DNA of 64,000 bases from Oscillospiraceae bacterium (GCA_020025575.1 JAHHRW010000010.1:250-64249), one strand, 5' to 3'; shown: positions 26,708 to 37,411, counted from the stretch's first letter. Notes: generated by a model from the sequence alone, not told the origin. Translations and numbers: made by a program.

Positions 26708-28006
26708 TTATCTTAATAATTCTTTCAAGGCTACACCCTTCGCATCAGGCAAAGTAAAACCCAAAAGTTTTGCAAATGTTGGCGCTTCATCAATGATGCG
26801 CTGTCTGGGGATAACTACATTTTCCTGTACATCCGGACCGGACATGATAAATACCGGCTGTGGTCCCTTGTGCGGCAGATGGCCGTGGGAGGAAACAGAG
26901 AACTTATAGTCTGAATTATCTGGCTGAACCAAAACCGGGCCACTGCATTGTGCACCAAAGCTTGTAGCACGAGTCCCTTCTAGCACATATTCAAACGCTC
27001 CAGTCAGGTGATATTCTCGCTGGACCTCTTCTTTTGTAAACACGCTTTCTACACCATATTCATAATGTTCGCGCATTTCATAGAGAATCTTCTCCAGTTT
27101 TTCCCTAGTCTCTCTGTCTGAAGGATCTTTCATAACCACCTGACAGGACAGTGACGCCGAATTACAGTAGGCCTTCCAACTCTTAATTGCACCATTTTCG
27201 TCCAATGTGATGAGACCTTCCCTGACCAATAATACATTGGGATTAAACATCTGCTTCACATCCAGATGTCCATGATCGCTAATCACCGCAAAATTTGTCT
27301 GCTCATAGGTGCCAGCATCCATAGTTGCTTCCATCAGGCGACCAAGCCAGTCATCATTGGCAATAATTGCCTGATCAACAGCTGCGCCGTGTACACCATT
27401 TGCGTGACGCGTGTGGTCAAGGTGCGCCAAATGAATAAACATTACATCTGGTTTATAACGGCGGATAATATCGCAGGAGCACCCTACCATCATATGGTCC
27501 ATAAAAGGCTGAGTGGTCTTGCGTAGTTTGTGCCAGTGGCGCTCTAACACGCCGCCTGGCTCCAGCATATTGGCACTGCTGGCGGAATTCAGAATTGGCC
27601 GGGGATCCACCTTATCATTTTCTGGCCAGATTTCTCCCACCAACCAGTCCACATTGGGATCTGCGCCCATGCAAGGCCAGCCAACGCAGGCTGTAGTAAA
27701 TCCGTTCCGATGTGCCACATCCAAGATGGTATCGACCTTTAGATCCTTATGATACCAAAACCATTCTGGTGCAGGGTTTCCTACATCCAAATGCTCATTG
27801 TGATAAACACCATGAAACTCTGGCCAGGTACCAGTAATGATCGATGCGTGTGCCGGATATGTAAAAGAAGGATACACACTGCGCATACCGCCTTGTACAT
27901 AGCTTCCCTTTTCCAAAATCTTTTTGAAGTTCGGTAATGTCTTCAGAAACTCCATGTCTTCATCAAACAGAGAATCAACTGAAAGAACAATCAGTTTTTT
28001 ATTCAT
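26708..28006 (-). CDS. Type I phosphodiesterase / nucleotide pyrophosphatase (NPP, alkaline-phosphatase superfamily), cytoplasmic
   Basis: LSVDSL, PSFTYPAHASIITG (Thr nucleophile context), HLDHTRH, SDHGH. No signal peptide. AAGGAGG precedes the ATG at 28006. Confidence 0.85.
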   Translation of the reverse strand: MNKKLIVLSVDSLFDEDMEFLKTLPNFKKILEKGSYVQGGMRSVYPSFTYPAHASIITGTWPEFHGVYHNEHLDVGNPAPEWFWYHKDLKVDTILDVAHRNGFTTACVGWPCMGADPNVDWLVGEIWPENDKVDPRPILNSASSANMLEPGGVLERHWHKLRKTTQPFMDHMMVGCSCDIIRRYKPDVMFIHLAHLDHTRHANGVHGAAVDQAIIANDDWLGRLMEATMDAGTYEQTNFAVISDHGHLDVKQMFNPNVLLVREGLITLDENGAIKSWKAYCNSASLSCQVVMKDPSDRETREKLEKILYEMREHYEYGVESVFTKEEVQREYHLTGAFEYVLEGTRATSFGAQCSGPVLVQPDNSDYKFSVSSHGHLPHKGPQPVFIMSGPDVQENVVIPRQRIIDEAPTFAKLLGFTLPDAKGVALKELLR

Positions 28007-28020
28007 AATTGCAATCCTCC

Positions 28021-28866
28021 TTACTTGATTCCAGAGTAGGCAAATGCTTTCCGAATCTGTTTGTTCGCAACCAAATAGACCAATAGGATGGGAAGTACCA
28101 AGAACATATTGCCTGCCATTAAGGTATTCCATTGGCGTCCGCCTTCCTGACTATTCAGCATAGCCACACCAATGGGCAACGTACGGTATGCATCCTTGGT
28201 GGTCATAATGAGCGGCCAGAAGTAGGAGTTCCAACTAGCAATAAAGCTAAGCAAGCCAATGGTGAAAATTGCCGTACGCGCCATAGGAACCATAATTTTC
28301 ATAATGATTTTAAACTCGCCTGCATCATCAAGACGCGCAGCCTCAATGATTTCTTCTGGTATCTGCATAAAATACTGGCGCAGCAGAAAAATGCCAAACG
28401 CATTGCAGATAAACGGCAGGATCTGAGGCCAGAGGCTTTGCAGCATTCCGGCTTTACTAAACATCATGTAAATCGGGACGAAGGTTACCTGCTGCGGAAT
28501 CATAAAGCCCAGAAGCACGATGCCAAAGAAGAGTCCCTTAAAGCGGAACTTGCAGCGTGCAAAAGCGTACGCAGCGGGAATAATGATTAGATATTGCAAA
28601 AACAGAACTGCTAGGCTCACAATGATAGAATTCTTGAAGAATTTCCATACATCAATCATGCCCATAGCACTTGTATATCCTTCAATTGTCCAATCCTTTG
28701 GAAAGAGTGTGGGCGGATAAACGGTTGTTTCTGCATATGGTTTGAAAGATGTCAAGACCATCCAGATGAATGGGTACGCGATGATAAGAATCACCAACAG
28801 CTTCATCACAGCGTTGATCGCGCCGCCAGCCATTCGCCCCGACTTTCTCAATGCTTTTTTGCCCAT
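28021..28866 (-). CDS. Carbohydrate ABC transporter permease (MalG-like)
   Basis: Six TM helices; EAA loop EAARLDDAGEFKIIMKIMVPM. Confidence 0.9.
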   Translation of the reverse strand: MGKKALRKSGRMAGGAINAVMKLLVILIIAYPFIWMVLTSFKPYAETTVYPPTLFPKDWTIEGYTSAMGMIDVWKFFKNSIIVSLAVLFLQYLIIIPAAYAFARCKFRFKGLFFGIVLLGFMIPQQVTFVPIYMMFSKAGMLQSLWPQILPFICNAFGIFLLRQYFMQIPEEIIEAARLDDAGEFKIIMKIMVPMARTAIFTIGLLSFIASWNSYFWPLIMTTKDAYRTLPIGVAMLNSQEGGRQWNTLMAGNMFLVLPILLVYLVANKQIRKAFAYSGIK

Positions 28867-28881
28867 GACGAGGTATCCTCC

Positions 28882-29814
28882 TTATTGATAGTGTACTTTC
28901 TTACCCAGGAATGCAAAATAAATGATCGTAAGTATGCCAACAAATCCCAGAAGAACAACACCCTCTGCAGAGGCAGGGCCTAGTTTCAAATACTTGAATG
29001 CATCCGAATAAATCAGGTATACCAGTGTATTGGTCGAGTTTACCGGGCCGCCTTGTGTCATCAGGTTAACCGTTTCAAATACCTGGAAAGAGCTTATGGT
29101 GGCCACGATGGTGGTAAAGAACAGAGTGGGACTTATCATAGGCAATGTAATACGGAAAAATACCCGAATTTTAGGCGTGTCATCAATCTCAGCAGCCTCA
29201 TAAATATCTTTTGGCACACCCTGCAAAGCTGCCAAGATCAGCAGCGAATAGTAGCCAAGGCTCTTCCAAATCATCATACCAATCAATGAGGCCAGCGCTG
29301 TTTTACTACTTGCCAAAAATGGAAACGGTTTCAGTCCCAAGGTTCGCAGGACAAAATTAATCGCGCCAATCTGGGGATCCATAATCCACAAGAATACTGT
29401 GGAAACCGAAACCAGAGATACAATGTGCGGTGTAAACACAGCAGCTAGTGTCACACTGTTCAGGTGCTTTTGTGTCTTACCGTTTACCCAAACGGCAAAC
29501 ACAGTTGCTAAAACCATCAGAATTGCAACCAAACCCACGCTGTAAATAATCGTGTTTTTAAGCGTAATCATAAAGTCTACACTGTGAAACAAATCAATAA
29601 AGTTTTCAAAAGCAACAAAATTGCGTTTTTTACTCAGAAGGCTTCCATCATGCATACTGGAGCCGATCAGGTAAAAGATTGGGTAAATCGTAAAAACACA
29701 CAGCAGCGCGATTGCGGGGAGAATCAACATATATCCTTTAAGGGCATCTTTGCGGTCATGATTCAGCCAGTGTTTTTTTTGTAGTGACTGTTTGTTCTGG
29801 GCTTTTACCGCCAT
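28882..29814 (-). CDS. Carbohydrate ABC transporter permease (MalF-like)
   Basis: Six TM helices; EAA loop YEAAEIDDTPKIRVFFRITLPM. Confidence 0.9.
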   Translation of the reverse strand: MAVKAQNKQSLQKKHWLNHDRKDALKGYMLILPAIALLCVFTIYPIFYLIGSSMHDGSLLSKKRNFVAFENFIDLFHSVDFMITLKNTIIYSVGLVAILMVLATVFAVWVNGKTQKHLNSVTLAAVFTPHIVSLVSVSTVFLWIMDPQIGAINFVLRTLGLKPFPFLASSKTALASLIGMMIWKSLGYYSLLILAALQGVPKDIYEAAEIDDTPKIRVFFRITLPMISPTLFFTTIVATISSFQVFETVNLMTQGGPVNSTNTLVYLIYSDAFKYLKLGPASAEGVVLLGFVGILTIIYFAFLGKKVHYQ

Positions 29815-29816
29815 TG

Positions 29817-30851
29817 TTAATCCTCCTTCCCGAGGTTTTTCAGCTGGTTCAACACAGCATCGCTCAAATCAATCCGCTCTCCATTTTCTTCAAAAGCAAA
29901 CAAGTTCTTTTCACACACATAAAGCCGGCAATCTGAACCATCGATATCTTCTTCGCTTTTAACCATCACCCTGCCATATGCTGTATCAATGGAATAATTC
30001 ATTTCTGCTCCCAACTGTTCTTTCGTCAAGATGTTGCCCGTAATTGTCAGGGCGGCATCACCGGGGTCTACCAAAAATGCTTTCTCAGGCCGAAAACCGA
30101 TTCGTACATTTGGCACCATTCCATCCACAATATTCATAGGAGGAGTCCCAATAAACTGTGCCGTATAGACGTTGTGGGGATTGTGATACATCTCTTTGGG
30201 AGTAGAACGCTGCATTACCACACCTTTATCCATCAACACGATATTATCGCCCATACTCATGGCCTCCACCTGATCATGTGTGACATAGATAAAAGTGGTA
30301 CCGAGTCGCCGATGCAGCCCAATCAACTCAATACGCATCTGCTGGCGCAGCTTCGCATCCAGATTAGAAAGAGGCTCATCCATCAGGAAAACCCTAGGCT
30401 TTTTCACCATTGCGCGGGCCAAAGCCACACGCTGACGCTGACCACCAGACAGTGCCGATGGTTTGCGGTCCAGATAAGGGGTAAGCCCCACAATATCGCT
30501 TACTTCCTTGATCAGCTGTTGCCGTTCTTCTTTCGGAACTTTTTTGTTTTTGAGTCCAAACTCGATGTTATCCCGCACTGTCATTGTAGGATACAAGGCG
30601 TAGTTCTGAAACACCATGGCAATTCCGCGTTTACCGGGATCCGTATCCACAACATTTTCGTCGTCAATCAGAATTTCACCGGATGTAGGCTTTTCCAGAC
30701 CCGCAATCATACGCAGTGTTGTGGATTTGCCACATCCAGAAGGACCTACCAAAACAGTAAAAGAGCCATCCTCGATCACTAGATTTAAGTCGGGAATAAT
30801 CACATCCTTACCGAAGGCCTTATGGATATGCTTTAATGTAATGGAACTCAT
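29817..30851 (-). CDS. ABC transporter ATP-binding protein (MalK/UgpC type)
   Basis: GPSGCGKST, LSGGQRQR, FLMDEPLSNLD, and a C-terminal regulatory TOBE-like domain. Confidence 0.95.
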   Translation of the reverse strand: MSSITLKHIHKAFGKDVIIPDLNLVIEDGSFTVLVGPSGCGKSTTLRMIAGLEKPTSGEILIDDENVVDTDPGKRGIAMVFQNYALYPTMTVRDNIEFGLKNKKVPKEERQQLIKEVSDIVGLTPYLDRKPSALSGGQRQRVALARAMVKKPRVFLMDEPLSNLDAKLRQQMRIELIGLHRRLGTTFIYVTHDQVEAMSMGDNIVLMDKGVVMQRSTPKEMYHNPHNVYTAQFIGTPPMNIVDGMVPNVRIGFRPEKAFLVDPGDAALTITGNILTKEQLGAEMNYSIDTAYGRVMVKSEEDIDGSDCRLYVCEKNLFAFEENGERIDLSDAVLNQLKNLGKED

Positions 30852-31461
30852 TTACAAACTCCTCCTGTTTGTCTCTATTTTTCTCCGCTGTCATACTCAT
30901 TGCACGCTACAGGTCCTCGCCGCGGTCTATCCTTCTCCACCACAGCCGATCCGATTATCTTAAATGAACCGATCATTCTCTTATTTACCGGACACTGCCG
31001 GATTATTTCATCGTTCACACAAACTCTGCGCTTATCCAATGCTAGGAGCACACTCTGCACATCTTACTCATTGAGCTCAGATGGGCTTAGCATATATAAC
31101 AACTTTTCCTAATATTTCTTTTTTGTTTTTTACCTTTTGTCTTGCGGCAACCGGATGGTCCAAGAAATGAGGTTAATTCCTCAGCTTGAATTTTTATGTC
31201 CAGATTTTTTACTTAAAAACTTGAACCAAAGCACTTACCATTATTTTTTGGCACGGTATTTATGTACTGGTCACCTCAACGCTACTAAGTATATTGATAA
31301 GGGCCATTCGTTTCTATCGTAGTATCGTAAAGCTATTATAGAGTCTGTGTAAAATGGACTCCGTAACATAACCCTAAAAACACCCTCGCAATCAATGGCT
31401 TTGGTTGGCAGTTTTGGAAAATTACCCGGTCCTAATTCGTCTTTTCTTCCGATCTCAGCCT

Positions 31462-31505
31462 GTTAAAATGAACGCCCCCCAGAGAATGTGATCTCTGAGG
31501 GGCGT
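31462..31505 (-). terminator. Terminator-like hairpin after the ABC exporter genes
   Basis: acgccc..agaga / tctct..gggcgt (6+6 bp with an internal loop), then TTTT. Confidence 0.5.
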
Positions 31506-31592
31506 ACGCAACCCGGTGACATTACAGCGGCTGCATTCAACAATTATGTGATTAGATTAGGGGGAACATTGAAACAATCTGAAGGGCTTTCC

Positions 31593-33164
31593 TCATGTCC
31601 GAATCCGAAATGTCTTTGGGGCCAGTCGATAAACGAGAATGGATGCAACAATAGTATACAACATACAAAACGCAATACACCCAGCGCCAAACACCATAAT
31701 CGGCAGTTGCACCTGCATCATCCCCCAGCAAAGCAGATATGTACCGGCCATGATGATTTGATAGGTTCCGCTCTTCAGCTCCGTTCCTGCATTGTACGGC
31801 TGGAGCAGATAATAAATGGTGAGATAATGAATGGAGAAAAAAACGCTCATAAACAGAATGGATACAAACAGCACCACATAATTCAAGGGATTGTCCGTGC
31901 CACCGGAAACAAACAGGAGCAGTGACAGACCAGCACCAATCACCACCGCCGGAACCGCATTGATCTTGATGATTTCCCACAAACGAATCCGATACAGCTT
32001 TAACACAAATTTTGGCTGCTTGTAAAAAGAGTAAGTCAGCAGACTGTGGTCACAATTCATGAACAGCGCCTGGGTAAACCCGGTGCCACGATTGATTGCG
32101 TACATGATAAAGGTAAAATACGGGAGCCAGTTTAGAATCAGCTCATTAATATGCGGTTTTGATTCCGGAGAAAAATACAAAAACAGCAAAGCGCCCAAAA
32201 CCGCAAAAATACAAACTGCCGCAATTTTAATGGTAGACTTCCACAGGATTTTCTGATGCCGCTTGATAAACAATTCATTTAGATATTCAAAACCCTTCCG
32301 ATTGCTGGTAATGGATGTATCCGCAGAGATGGCTTTTTGACTAGCCGTTTTTGCTGCAGCTTTTGCCGCATCCATTTGATTCATTACCCCAGCCAAAAGC
32401 TCCTGATTGATCTGGCGATAGTATGGAAATGTGATGATTTTCCGGATACTCAGTACCCCCAGCGGTATAAACGCAAGCATCAGCGCCATGGATGCCACCG
32501 CTGGCAGAGCGAACCCAACTGCCGGAAGGCCATAGGCGAGTGCTAAAAAGATTCCCGTCAAAATCCAGACATTTTTTTGAATTTTGTTTTCATTGGGGAC
32601 AAGGCCGCTTTTTTCATAATTCCATAGAGAATAGGCTGCTAAGGCCAATTTCACCCCTGCCACGCAGAACGGAATCAGAATACAGAACCAGAGCGAAACA
32701 CCCCGATTCCAGCCAAAAAGAATGGTAAAGGGCAAGAATCCCACAATAACCTTCAAGATGGCATAGCCGTAGTTCACCAGGGTGTATTCTCTTGCATTCA
32801 TCCGCATCAGGATCATGGCGTAATACTTATCCCGTGTGGGATTGAAAATGCTGGTATTCATATATGCGCCGATCACCGTCAGAAAGAGCAGAATATGCAC
32901 AAACACCTGATCTGCCGGTACTTTTTCATACAGGATTCCGATTCCGCAGACCATCGTAAGAAAATAAATCAGTTTTCCTCCAAAAACAGAAATAAGCTCC
33001 CAAATTACAGATAGGATATTGGCAAAGATCTTAAGTCCATGCACCTGATAAAGCTTTTCGGGCAGTATCTTTTTTAAGAGCGGTATCTGTTTGAGCGAAA
33101 ACAGAATGCTGTTAACCCGGTATGTATTTTTTAGGGAAAAGGAAAGACATAATGTTTTAAACAT
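31593..33164 (-). CDS. Polytopic membrane protein, putative permease partner of the adjacent ABC ATPase
   Basis: More than 10 hydrophobic segments. The ATG at 33164 overlaps the ATPase stop by 8 nt (ATGTTTAA). Confidence 0.7.
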   Translation of the reverse strand: MFKTLCLSFSLKNTYRVNSILFSLKQIPLLKKILPEKLYQVHGLKIFANILSVIWELISVFGGKLIYFLTMVCGIGILYEKVPADQVFVHILLFLTVIGAYMNTSIFNPTRDKYYAMILMRMNAREYTLVNYGYAILKVIVGFLPFTILFGWNRGVSLWFCILIPFCVAGVKLALAAYSLWNYEKSGLVPNENKIQKNVWILTGIFLALAYGLPAVGFALPAVASMALMLAFIPLGVLSIRKIITFPYYRQINQELLAGVMNQMDAAKAAAKTASQKAISADTSITSNRKGFEYLNELFIKRHQKILWKSTIKIAAVCIFAVLGALLFLYFSPESKPHINELILNWLPYFTFIMYAINRGTGFTQALFMNCDHSLLTYSFYKQPKFVLKLYRIRLWEIIKINAVPAVVIGAGLSLLLFVSGGTDNPLNYVVLFVSILFMSVFFSIHYLTIYYLLQPYNAGTELKSGTYQIIMAGTYLLCWGMMQVQLPIMVFGAGCIAFCMLYTIVASILVYRLAPKTFRIRT

Positions 33165-33864
33165 GTTCTTCCTCCCGTAGCGCAGCAATGATCTTTTCCT
33201 TAAACTCTGCGTGATTGAGATTGGATTTTTCCACCACTTCCAGTTCCCCATGGCTAAGCAGTACGATCTCATCGCACAGATCCAAGGCAAGATCCATGAT
33301 ATGGGTAGAAAAAATCGTGATTCTGCCACTCTTGAGGGAACGCAGCAGCTGTTTCATTTCCTCTGCCACAACCACATCCAAGGACGTCAGCGGCTCATCC
33401 AGCAGCAGGATGTTGGGCTGGGCAATGATGTTCACCAGCATCTGCATTTTATTTTTCATGCCGTGGGAATAATCTTTGAGCAGCTTATCTCTGTCTTCCA
33501 CCGCAATGCTCATCTCATCAAAGTATTCATCCAGTGTTTTGGGCTGCTGAATGGCAGATTCATTGATATCCAAAAAGAACTTTAAAAACTCCCGACCGGT
33601 GAGAAATTCCGGAACCGTGGGGGTGGATAACACATATCCGATATCTTCCGGCTTGACATCCCGCCGGGTGCCGTTTTCCTCCAGATAAAAGCTGCCCTTG
33701 TCTGCCTTGATATCCCGGTTGAGGCAATTAAACAGTGTCGTTTTTCCAGCGCCGTTTCGGCCCAGCAGGCCATAGATTTTTCCCTCCTCAAAGGTAAAAT
33801 CGATATCGCGTAAGACTTCCTTTTTTTCAAAATGCTTTGACAGGTGTTCAATGGTAAATTTCAT
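33157..33864 (-). CDS. ABC transporter ATP-binding protein (exporter type)
   Basis: GRNGAGKTT and LLLDEP. AAAGGAGAAAG precedes the ATG at 33864. Confidence 0.9.
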   Translation of the reverse strand: MKFTIEHLSKHFEKKEVLRDIDFTFEEGKIYGLLGRNGAGKTTLFNCLNRDIKADKGSFYLEENGTRRDVKPEDIGYVLSTPTVPEFLTGREFLKFFLDINESAIQQPKTLDEYFDEMSIAVEDRDKLLKDYSHGMKNKMQMLVNIIAQPNILLLDEPLTSLDVVVAEEMKQLLRSLKSGRITIFSTHIMDLALDLCDEIVLLSHGELEVVEKSNLNHAEFKEKIIAALREEEHV

Positions 33865-33975
33865 ATCTTTCTCCTTTTTCCACATTTTTATCCTTCCTTG
33901 TCTGAATCAGGAAGTCTAATTTCCATTATTATAAACATTGAAAACAAAACATCAAGGAAACTTAAGATTTTTTAA

Positions 33976-34009
33976 TAAAAAAGATTGCGCCGCAGGCAGC
34001 GCAATCTTT
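33976..34009 (-). terminator. Rho-independent terminator after yfhO-like gene
   Basis: aaagattgcgc / gcgcaatcttt, followed by TTTTTTATT on the minus strand. Confidence 0.75.
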
Positions 34010-34028
34010 CTGAATGGTTATAAAGTTT

Positions 34029-36755
34029 TCAGCTCAGACGAACCGTTTCTGTCCCCGCAATCACATTTGGCAGAATCGATCGGCAGCTTAACGCACTGCC
34101 TTTTCTGCCGCGATAATAAAGGAACATCACTGCTATCAGGGCCGCAACACCTGCTAGGCATAGGAACAAAGAAATTCCCCTCACCGGATTTTCGTATGCC
34201 AGGACAACATCATACTCTCCTGCATCCAGGTAAACGCCACACAAGCCATCCTGTATGCAGAAAACATCCGCTTTTTCCCCATTTACCGCAGCAGACCACC
34301 CCTGCTGAAATGGCACTGCAATGCAGACAATCCCCGGAGCCGTCCGGTCAGACGAAAAGAGAATCCTGTCATTGTCCACTAAAATGTTGGAGATGCCACT
34401 GTTGGCAAGGCCTTCGATCTCATCAAAAAAGTTCTCCATTGGCTGTTCTACAACAGAAAATTCGGTAAATTGGTACTCCCCCGCCCTGTTAAAAGAAACG
34501 GTCATCTCCGTTCTGCCTTCCGCAGCATATCCCAGATTGATTAAAAAATCGTGTCGGTCACTGGCATAATTGTCATAAGAAGTTCTGTACTGGAGTGTCT
34601 TGGTTACATCATCGCAGGAGACTGTAATGCCTGCCTGTGAAGCTTGATTGTCCGACTGATAATCCAACCCTTCCAAGATGCAGTACAGCTCACAGTTTTC
34701 TGCGCCGTCAAAGCGGAATGTTACCGTTGCCCCCGGCTTTTCCACGGTAAAACCATTGTCATGCATGGTAACATCCTTCGCATCTGAGATTCTCAGGGGT
34801 ACCCCGCGATCACAAAATTCCGGAATCCGATCCGGTAAACCAAAATCGGCATCGGTCATGGCTCTTTGCAGCAGCGCCTGCTGCTTTTGCGTTACAGACA
34901 GCGTGTCCCCACCAGTATAGACAGAATCAAACGCATAGACAAGCGGAAGGACATGGGCAGAGGTATAGATATTTTCAGCAACCGGCGTGTCATATCCATA
35001 GGGTCTGCGCTTCGTCCCACTGTCATCCGAAATAAAATAAGCTACTGACAGCGCAGCATCCAGATAACTGCGTCCATCCAAGCCGGAATACTGCTGATCT
35101 ACGGCACAATTCATCATCTGACTCCTCTGAAATTCCGCAGTTCCGGGATTGATGGTGCTGAAATAAAATCCCGTACCGCCGATATCATAGAGCAGCGCCG
35201 TATTATAATCCACCACTGCGTTTGCACTGTCAAATCGTCCAAACCCTTCATTGGGCAGCACATCAACGGTTTTCACTATGGATTGATCGTATCGACTGTA
35301 TGCCTCGCCGGAACGCGCACTGTTGCCGACCCAATTCCCGTATTCACTGGACGCATGGAAATAGCCATTGGCTGCAAGCGTCACCATGGTCAGCAGTGCA
35401 ATGCTTATGCGAAAAAGCTTCCTTGGCATCACCTTTGCAGACACAAGCCCCACCAGCACCACGCACAGACAAAGTATCCAAATTGCAAAGGTTGCCTGTA
35501 CTGATAGCGCCTGACCCGGAAGATAGCAAAGCAGATAGAAAACAAAACTGAACAGCAAGAGCTTTACAAGCTGCATTGCTGTAAGTTCCTCTGTTCTCGG
35601 CAAAATCTTTGCCGTAACATAGCTCAAAGCAAAGACCAATGCCCAAATCCATCGGTTGGTCACATAGTTAAAGCCATTGAATATCGAGCCTACTTTCGGG
35701 AACAGCAAAAACGAGAAAAGAACCGAAACAGCGATGATAAGTCTGAGATTTTCCTTTGGCGGAAGCGCCAGCATGGCAAATACCGTCACCATTGCCACTG
35801 CGCTTATGGAAAGATATACATAATATTGTCCAAAGTCAGAAATGATTCCTTCAAAAAGGGAACGGTAATAGTCGGTGGGGTAAAGCAGTGGTATTTCCCT
35901 TGCCACTGAAACACGGTCTGATTGCAGCAAGGAGACTAGATTCGGCAGAAAGACCGGCATCGCAATCAGGACACCGATCATCCCACAAACCAGAAATCTC
36001 GAAAAAATTCGAGAGAACTCTACAAGCCGGAATTTGTCATAATAGCACGAATACCGCAGCAGGGCATACAGCACAACCATAATCACCAGCATGTAGAAAA
36101 AGTAAAAATTAGAAAGCAGTGCCAATGCTACCGATAGCATAAATAGCAAAGGACTCTTCTTCTCGTACAAAAAATCTGCCCCCAGCAAAAGCAGCGGTAA
36201 ATAAATCATCGGTATCGCAAAAAAGGGGTGAAAAACCGCCGGCGAGATGGCGTATCCCGAAAAGCTATAAATCAACGCACCGATTACCGAAGAATACGCC
36301 GCTACTGCCCGGTGCTTACAGTAGCATAGCATCACAATACCCGATAGATAAAGGCGCAGAATCACCAAAATTTCATAGCAAAGTTCTGTTTGTTCTTTCG
36401 AAAAGAAAACACTGATTAAGGTCAGAGGATCGCCAAGGCAGTAATAATGCAGCGTGGTGATAATATCGCCGCCGTAACCAATCCCCAGATCCCACGCCGG
36501 AATCACAAGACGGTGCTCATTCCAAAGGGTTCTGAAGATACTGCGCAGATATTCCCCATAATAGCAAAGGGCTGGGTAATGCTGAATCGACGCATCGCCG
36601 CTGCAAATCAGGCTGCGTCCGTCTGCATAATATGGCAAGAACACGAGAAAAGCCACAACCAAAAAGAAAGCCGAAAAAGACACAAATCGGTTGTTCATAA
36701 ACTTCCAGAGAATGGAATCTGTATTTTTCTTGAGATTTTCTTCTTTATACTGCAT
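34029..36755 (-). CDS. YfhO-family polytopic membrane protein (putative extracytoplasmic glycosyltransferase)
   Basis: 908 aa with more than 12 N-terminal TM helices, a large C-terminal extracellular part and a terminal TM. The N-terminus (DASIQHYPALCYYGEYLR) is typical of YfhO, assigned from memory. Confidence 0.75.
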   Translation of the reverse strand: MQYKEENLKKNTDSILWKFMNNRFVSFSAFFLVVAFLVFLPYYADGRSLICSGDASIQHYPALCYYGEYLRSIFRTLWNEHRLVIPAWDLGIGYGGDIITTLHYYCLGDPLTLISVFFSKEQTELCYEILVILRLYLSGIVMLCYCKHRAVAAYSSVIGALIYSFSGYAISPAVFHPFFAIPMIYLPLLLLGADFLYEKKSPLLFMLSVALALLSNFYFFYMLVIMVVLYALLRYSCYYDKFRLVEFSRIFSRFLVCGMIGVLIAMPVFLPNLVSLLQSDRVSVAREIPLLYPTDYYRSLFEGIISDFGQYYVYLSISAVAMVTVFAMLALPPKENLRLIIAVSVLFSFLLFPKVGSIFNGFNYVTNRWIWALVFALSYVTAKILPRTEELTAMQLVKLLLFSFVFYLLCYLPGQALSVQATFAIWILCLCVVLVGLVSAKVMPRKLFRISIALLTMVTLAANGYFHASSEYGNWVGNSARSGEAYSRYDQSIVKTVDVLPNEGFGRFDSANAVVDYNTALLYDIGGTGFYFSTINPGTAEFQRSQMMNCAVDQQYSGLDGRSYLDAALSVAYFISDDSGTKRRPYGYDTPVAENIYTSAHVLPLVYAFDSVYTGGDTLSVTQKQQALLQRAMTDADFGLPDRIPEFCDRGVPLRISDAKDVTMHDNGFTVEKPGATVTFRFDGAENCELYCILEGLDYQSDNQASQAGITVSCDDVTKTLQYRTSYDNYASDRHDFLINLGYAAEGRTEMTVSFNRAGEYQFTEFSVVEQPMENFFDEIEGLANSGISNILVDNDRILFSSDRTAPGIVCIAVPFQQGWSAAVNGEKADVFCIQDGLCGVYLDAGEYDVVLAYENPVRGISLFLCLAGVAALIAVMFLYYRGRKGSALSCRSILPNVIAGTETVRLS

Positions 36756-36859
36756 TTGGCAATCCTCTTCCCATGCCTCTATTTTGAAACTGACTCTGTT
36801 CTATCCCCGCAGGTTCCCCGCTGCACAAGGGGGATATGTACATACACATTTTCCGAAAT

Positions 36860-37411
36860 TCAGCGTGTCTTTCTACCACTGCAAAGGCTGCGCCATTTAT
36901 CCACCCGTTCTTTGGATAGCACATAATTGATTACAAGTGCAATGGCGACCCCCACGCCGGTGTCGAGAATCCGGTTCAGCGAATAGGCCACATAAGTCTC
37001 CACCGGGGTGTTGAACAGAAGAATACACAAAACCACACTGCCGGGCTGAACCGCACCGGGCCACACATTCCGGCTAATCAAAATCAGAATCACCACGCCC
37101 ACAAACAGTGGCAGTAAAATCAGTGGGTGGGTACTTCCATCCGGATAAAAAATAATGTAAATTCGGAACAATGCCATACCCAAAAAGCCACCAATGGCTG
37201 TACCAAACAGGCGGTTTCCCCCGTGAAGTTGGCTGTTTTCCATGTCGGAGCCCATTCCAAAAACCGCACCAATGCAGGCAAAGGTGGGATTTCGGCCAAA
37301 GGGCAAATAAAGCAGCGCACACAGGGTTGCTGCAAAGGCAGTCTTGATGTTGCGCATACCAACGTGCAGATTCACACTTTTCAGACAAGATTCTAAATTC
37401 TTTCTACTCAT
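36860..37411 (-). CDS. Short FUSC/aromatic-acid-exporter-like membrane protein
   Basis: MRNIKTAFAATLCALLY... with 4-5 TM helices. It is only 183 aa and may be a truncated form. Confidence 0.55.
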   Translation of the reverse strand: MSRKNLESCLKSVNLHVGMRNIKTAFAATLCALLYLPFGRNPTFACIGAVFGMGSDMENSQLHGGNRLFGTAIGGFLGMALFRIYIIFYPDGSTHPLILLPLFVGVVILILISRNVWPGAVQPGSVVLCILLFNTPVETYVAYSLNRILDTGVGVAIALVINYVLSKERVDKWRSLCSGRKTR

